In this document: positions 1 through 1,987 of the stretch, in pieces
How positions within the stretch are numbered: the first letter of the stretch is position 1
Layout of the letters: every line of letters begins with the position of its first letter
Assembly: GCF_003334385.1 (NCBI RefSeq)
Contig: NZ_QOWN01000103.1
Source of the DNA: Escherichia coli
GTDB lineage: Bacteria > Pseudomonadota > Gammaproteobacteria > Enterobacterales > Enterobacteriaceae
Reading direction: 5' to 3' (one strand)
DNA length: 1,987 bases
Position numbers and translations under genes: made by a program
The notes under the pieces: model-generated
What the model saw: the letters and a program-made list of their open reading frames with translations, nothing else
Database searches by the model: none
Told to the model about the DNA's origin: nothing

Positions 1-471
1 TGGTGGCTGGTCTGCCGGGGGACGATTCATAAGTTCCGCTGTGTGCCGCATCTCACCGGGCGGCGCTTTGAGCACGGGGTGACGGACTGTTACACGCTGT
101 TCCGGGATGCTTATCATCTGGCGGGGATTGAGATGCCGGATTTTCATCGCGGGGATGACTGGTGGCGTCACGGTCAGAATCTCTATCTTGACAATATGGA
201 GGCGACTGGTTTTTACCGTGTCGCACTGACAGAGGCGCAGCCTGGCGACGTGCTGCTGTGCTGCTTTGGTTCATCGGTGCCGAATCATGCCGCCATTTAC
301 TGTGGTGACGGCGAGCTGCTGCACCATATTCCTGAACAACTGAGTAAACGAGAGAGGTATACCGACAAATGGCAGCGACGCACACACTCCCTCTGGCGTC
401 ACCGGGCATGGCGCGCATCTGCCTTTACGGGGATTTGCAACGATTTGGCCGCCGCATCGACCTTCGTGTGA
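1..471 (+). CDS. K: Phage tail tip assembly protein K (gpK-like), C-terminal part only; 5' end lies upstream of the window. The portion present looks like an NlpC/P60-type peptidase domain.
   Basis: Frame 1 is open from base 1 to the TGA at 469-471 (translation begins WWLVCRGTIHKFRCVPHLTGRRFEHGVTDCYTLF... and ends ...NDLAAASTFV). The ORF track's start at 43 is a GTG inside this frame, not the true start. The translation matches my recollection of the lambda gpK C-terminus. A Cys in a D-C-Y context (codon 88-90) and a His in an N-H-A-A-I-Y context (codon 286-288) fit NlpC/P60 catalytic motifs. Lies immediately upstream of I and J, as in lambda. Confidence 0.9.
   Translation, partial: WWLVCRGTIHKFRCVPHLTGRRFEHGVTDCYTLFRDAYHLAGIEMPDFHRGDDWWRHGQNLYLDNMEATGFYRVALTEAQPGDVLLCCFGSSVPNHAAIYCGDGELLHHIPEQLSKRERYTDKWQRRTHSLWRHRAWRASAFTGICNDLAAASTFV
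350..357 (+). promoter_or_regulatory. Possible purine-rich ribosome binding site for I, lying inside the K coding sequence
   Basis: GAGAGAGG at about 350-357, roughly 11 nt upstream of the I ATG at 369. The spacing is slightly long, and initiation may instead depend on coupling to K translation. Confidence 0.3.
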
Positions 472-1040
472 AAACGGGGGCTGAAGCCATCCGCGCACTG
501 GCCACACAGCTCCCGGTGTTTCGTCAGAAACTGAGCGACGGCTGGTATCAGGTACGGATTGCCGGGCGGGACGTCAGCACGTCCGGGTTAACGGCGCAGT
601 TACATGAGACTCTGCCTGATGGCGCTGTGATTCATATTGTTCCCAGAGTCGCCGGGGCCAAGTCAGGTGGCGTATTCCAGATTGTCCTGGGGGCTGCCGC
701 CATTGCCGGATCATTCTTTACCGCCGGAGCCACCCTTGCAGCATGGGGGGCAGCCATTGGGGCCGGTGGTATGACCGGCATCCTGTTTTCTCTCGGTGCC
801 AGTATGGTACTTGGTGGTGTGGCGCAGATGCTGGCACCGAAAGCCAGGACGCCCACGGCAGCAAGTACAGATAACGGCAAACAGAACACCTATTTCTCCT
901 CACTGGATAACATGGTTGCCCAGGGCAATGTTCTGCCCGTTCTGTACGGTGAAATGCGCGTGGGGTCGCGGGTGGTCTCTCAGGAGATCAGCACGGCAGA
1001 CGAAGGGGATGGTGGTCAGGTTGTGGTGATTGGTCGCTGA
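369..1040 (+). CDS. I: Phage tail tip assembly protein I (gpI-like), complete, 223 aa
   Basis: ATG at 369-371, TGA at 1038-1040, 223 codons. Translation MAATHTLPLASPGMARICLYGDLQRFGRRIDLRVKTGAEAIRALATQLP... matches my recollection of lambda gpI in sequence and length. Overlaps the 3' end of K by 103 nt in a different frame, as in lambda. N-terminal ~90 aa is charged/mixed (reported ubiquitin-like fold in gpI), followed by a long Gly/Ala-rich hydrophobic stretch. Confidence 0.95.
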   Translation: MAATHTLPLASPGMARICLYGDLQRFGRRIDLRVKTGAEAIRALATQLPVFRQKLSDGWYQVRIAGRDVSTSGLTAQLHETLPDGAVIHIVPRVAGAKSGGVFQIVLGAAAIAGSFFTAGATLAAWGAAIGAGGMTGILFSLGASMVLGGVAQMLAPKARTPTAASTDNGKQNTYFSSLDNMVAQGNVLPVLYGEMRVGSRVVSQEISTADEGDGGQVVVIGR

Positions 1041-1057
1041 TGCAAAACATTTTATGT

Positions 1058-1086
1058 GAAACCGCCTGCGGGCGGTTTTGTCGTTT
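1058..1086 (+). terminator. Intergenic GC-rich hairpin followed by a T-rich tract; possible intrinsic terminator or mRNA stabilising / processing structure between I and J
   Basis: Perfect inverted repeat AAACCGCC (1059-1066) and GGCGGTTT (1071-1078) with a 4-nt loop TGCG (1067-1070), followed by TTTTGTCGTTT. An A-rich run (TGCAAAACATTTTATGTGAAA) precedes it. The stem is only 8 bp with 5 GC pairs and the T-tract is interrupted, so terminator strength is uncertain. Confidence 0.35.
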
Positions 1087-1088
1087 AT

Positions 1089-1092
1089 GGAG
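1089..1092 (+). promoter_or_regulatory. Shine-Dalgarno ribosome binding site for J
   Basis: GGAG located 8 nt upstream of the J ATG at 1101. Confidence 0.6.
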
Positions 1093-1100
1093 CGTGACGA

Positions 1101-1987
1101 ATGGGTAAAGGCAGCAGTAAGGGGCATACCCCGCGCGAAGCGAAGGACAACCTGAAGTCCACGCAGCTGCTGAGTGTGATCGATGTCATCAGCGAAGGGC
1201 CGATTGAAGGTCCGGTGGATGGATTAAAAAGCGTGCTGCTGAACAGTACGCCGGTGCTGGACAGTGAGGGGAATACCAATATCTCCGGCGTCACGGTGGT
1301 GTTCCGGGCAGGTGAGCAGGAGCAGACGCCGCCGGAGGGCTTTGAATCCTCCGGTTCCGAGACGGTGCTGGGTACGGAAGTGAAATACGACACGCCGATT
1401 ACCCGGACCATCACGTCTGCAAACATCGACCGTCTGCGCTTTACCTTCGGTGTGCAGGCACTGGTGGAAACCACCTCAAAGGGGGACCGGAATCCGTCGG
1501 AAGTCCGCCTGCTGGTTCAGATACAGCGTAACGGTGGCTGGGTGACGGAAAAAGACATCACCATTAAAGGCAAAACCACCTCACAGTATCTGGCATCGGT
1601 GGTGGTGGGTAACCTGCCGCCGCGCCCGTTCAATATCCGGATGCGCAGGATGACGCCGGACAGCACCACAGATCAGCTGCAGAACAAAACGCTCTGGTCG
1701 TCATACACCGAAATCATCGATGTGAAACAGTGCTACCCGAACACGGCACTGGTCGGCGTACAGGTGGATTCGGAGCAGTTCGGCAGCCAGCAGGTGAGCC
1801 GTAATTATCATCTGCGCGGGCGTATTCTGCAGGTGCCGTCGAACTATAACCCGCAGACGCGGCAATACAGCGGTATCTGGGACGGAACGTTTAAGCCAGC
1901 ATACAGCAATAACATGGCCTGGTGTCTGTGGGATATGCTGACCCATCCACGCTACGGCATGGGGAAACGTCTTGGTGCGGCGGATGT
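1101..1987 (+). CDS. J: Phage tip attachment / host specificity protein J (gpJ-like), N-terminal 295 aa only; 3' end lies downstream of the window
   Basis: ATG at 1101-1103, preceded by GGAG at 1089-1092 with an 8-nt spacer. Frame stays open to the window end. Translation MGKGSSKGHTPREAKDNLKSTQLLSVIDVISEGPIEGPVDGLKSVLLNSTPVLD... matches my recollection of the lambda gpJ N-terminus. Position directly after I with a 60-nt spacer matches lambda. Confidence 0.95.
   Translation, partial: MGKGSSKGHTPREAKDNLKSTQLLSVIDVISEGPIEGPVDGLKSVLLNSTPVLDSEGNTNISGVTVVFRAGEQEQTPPEGFESSGSETVLGTEVKYDTPITRTITSANIDRLRFTFGVQALVETTSKGDRNPSEVRLLVQIQRNGGWVTEKDITIKGKTTSQYLASVVVGNLPPRPFNIRMRRMTPDSTTDQLQNKTLWSSYTEIIDVKQCYPNTALVGVQVDSEQFGSQQVSRNYHLRGRILQVPSNYNPQTRQYSGIWDGTFKPAYSNNMAWCLWDMLTHPRYGMGKRLGAAD

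Noticed and set aside
43-471. ORF track lists this as a 142-aa ORF starting at 43
   Set aside because: The position is a GTG inside a frame that is open from base 1. The protein continues the gpK sequence upstream, so the real CDS is truncated at the window edge rather than starting at 43.
369-471. Programmed ribosomal frameshift between K and I, by analogy with lambda G/G-T
   Set aside because: I has its own ATG and a complete lambda-length product, and I see no slippery heptamer. The arrangement is a simple overlap of two independent genes.
53-507. Minus-strand ORFs 53..418 (121 aa) and 271..507 (78 aa)
   Set aside because: Both are fully embedded antisense to K and I. Their translations are low-complexity and Arg/Ala/Pro-rich, typical of spurious antisense ORFs in GC-rich coding DNA, with no recognisable protein similarity.
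632-903. Minus-strand ORFs 632..889 (85 aa) and 718..903 (61 aa)
   Set aside because: Antisense to the Gly/Ala-rich region of I. Their Ala/Pro-rich translations are what the reverse complement of GGN/GCN-rich codons would produce. No independent start-site signals.
796-1029. Plus-strand ORF 796..1029 (77 aa) nested inside I in another frame
   Set aside because: Entirely inside the gpI coding sequence. Its Trp/Arg-rich translation looks like frame-shifted noise, and no ribosome binding site is evident.
1087-1155. Short out-of-frame ORF starting at the ATG at 1087, upstream of the J start
   Set aside because: About 23 codons, overlaps the J ribosome binding site and start, and has no ribosome binding site of its own. 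Most likely incidental.
900-1474. Minus-strand ORFs 900..1127 (75 aa) and 1085..1474 (129 aa)
   Set aside because: Antisense to the I 3' end, the spacer and the J 5' end. The J sense-frame match to lambda gpJ is far stronger, and these ORFs have no recognisable features.
1701-1946. Minus-strand ORF 1701..1946 (81 aa)
   Set aside because: Antisense to J with no supporting signals; treated as spurious.
1-1987. Novel defence system, toxin-antitoxin pair, CRISPR array or mobile element
   Set aside because: No repeats, spacer arrays, integrase or transposase fragments, or unexplained ORFs. Every long ORF is accounted for by well-known tail genes.

Overview
This window is a contiguous piece of a lambda-type (lambdoid) phage or prophage tail-tip assembly module, all on the + strand: the 3' part of tail assembly gene K (1..471, runs off the left edge), the complete tail assembly gene I (369..1040, overlapping K by 103 nt in another frame), a 60-nt intergenic spacer with a GC-rich hairpin plus T-tract, and the 5' part of the tip attachment / host specificity gene J (1101..1987, runs off the right edge). 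The translated products match what I recall of phage lambda gpK, gpI and gpJ, and the gene geometry (103-nt K/I overlap, 60-nt I-J spacer, 223-aa gpI) matches lambda. I cannot run an alignment, so I cannot say whether this is lambda itself or a close relative. I do not see an undescribed biological system here. All substantial ORFs on the other strand or in other frames are embedded in these three genes and look spurious. The points worth a second look are modest: the K/I pairing of a peptidase-like protein with a ubiquitin-like protein, a Gly/Ala-rich hydrophobic core in gpI, and the intergenic hairpin.
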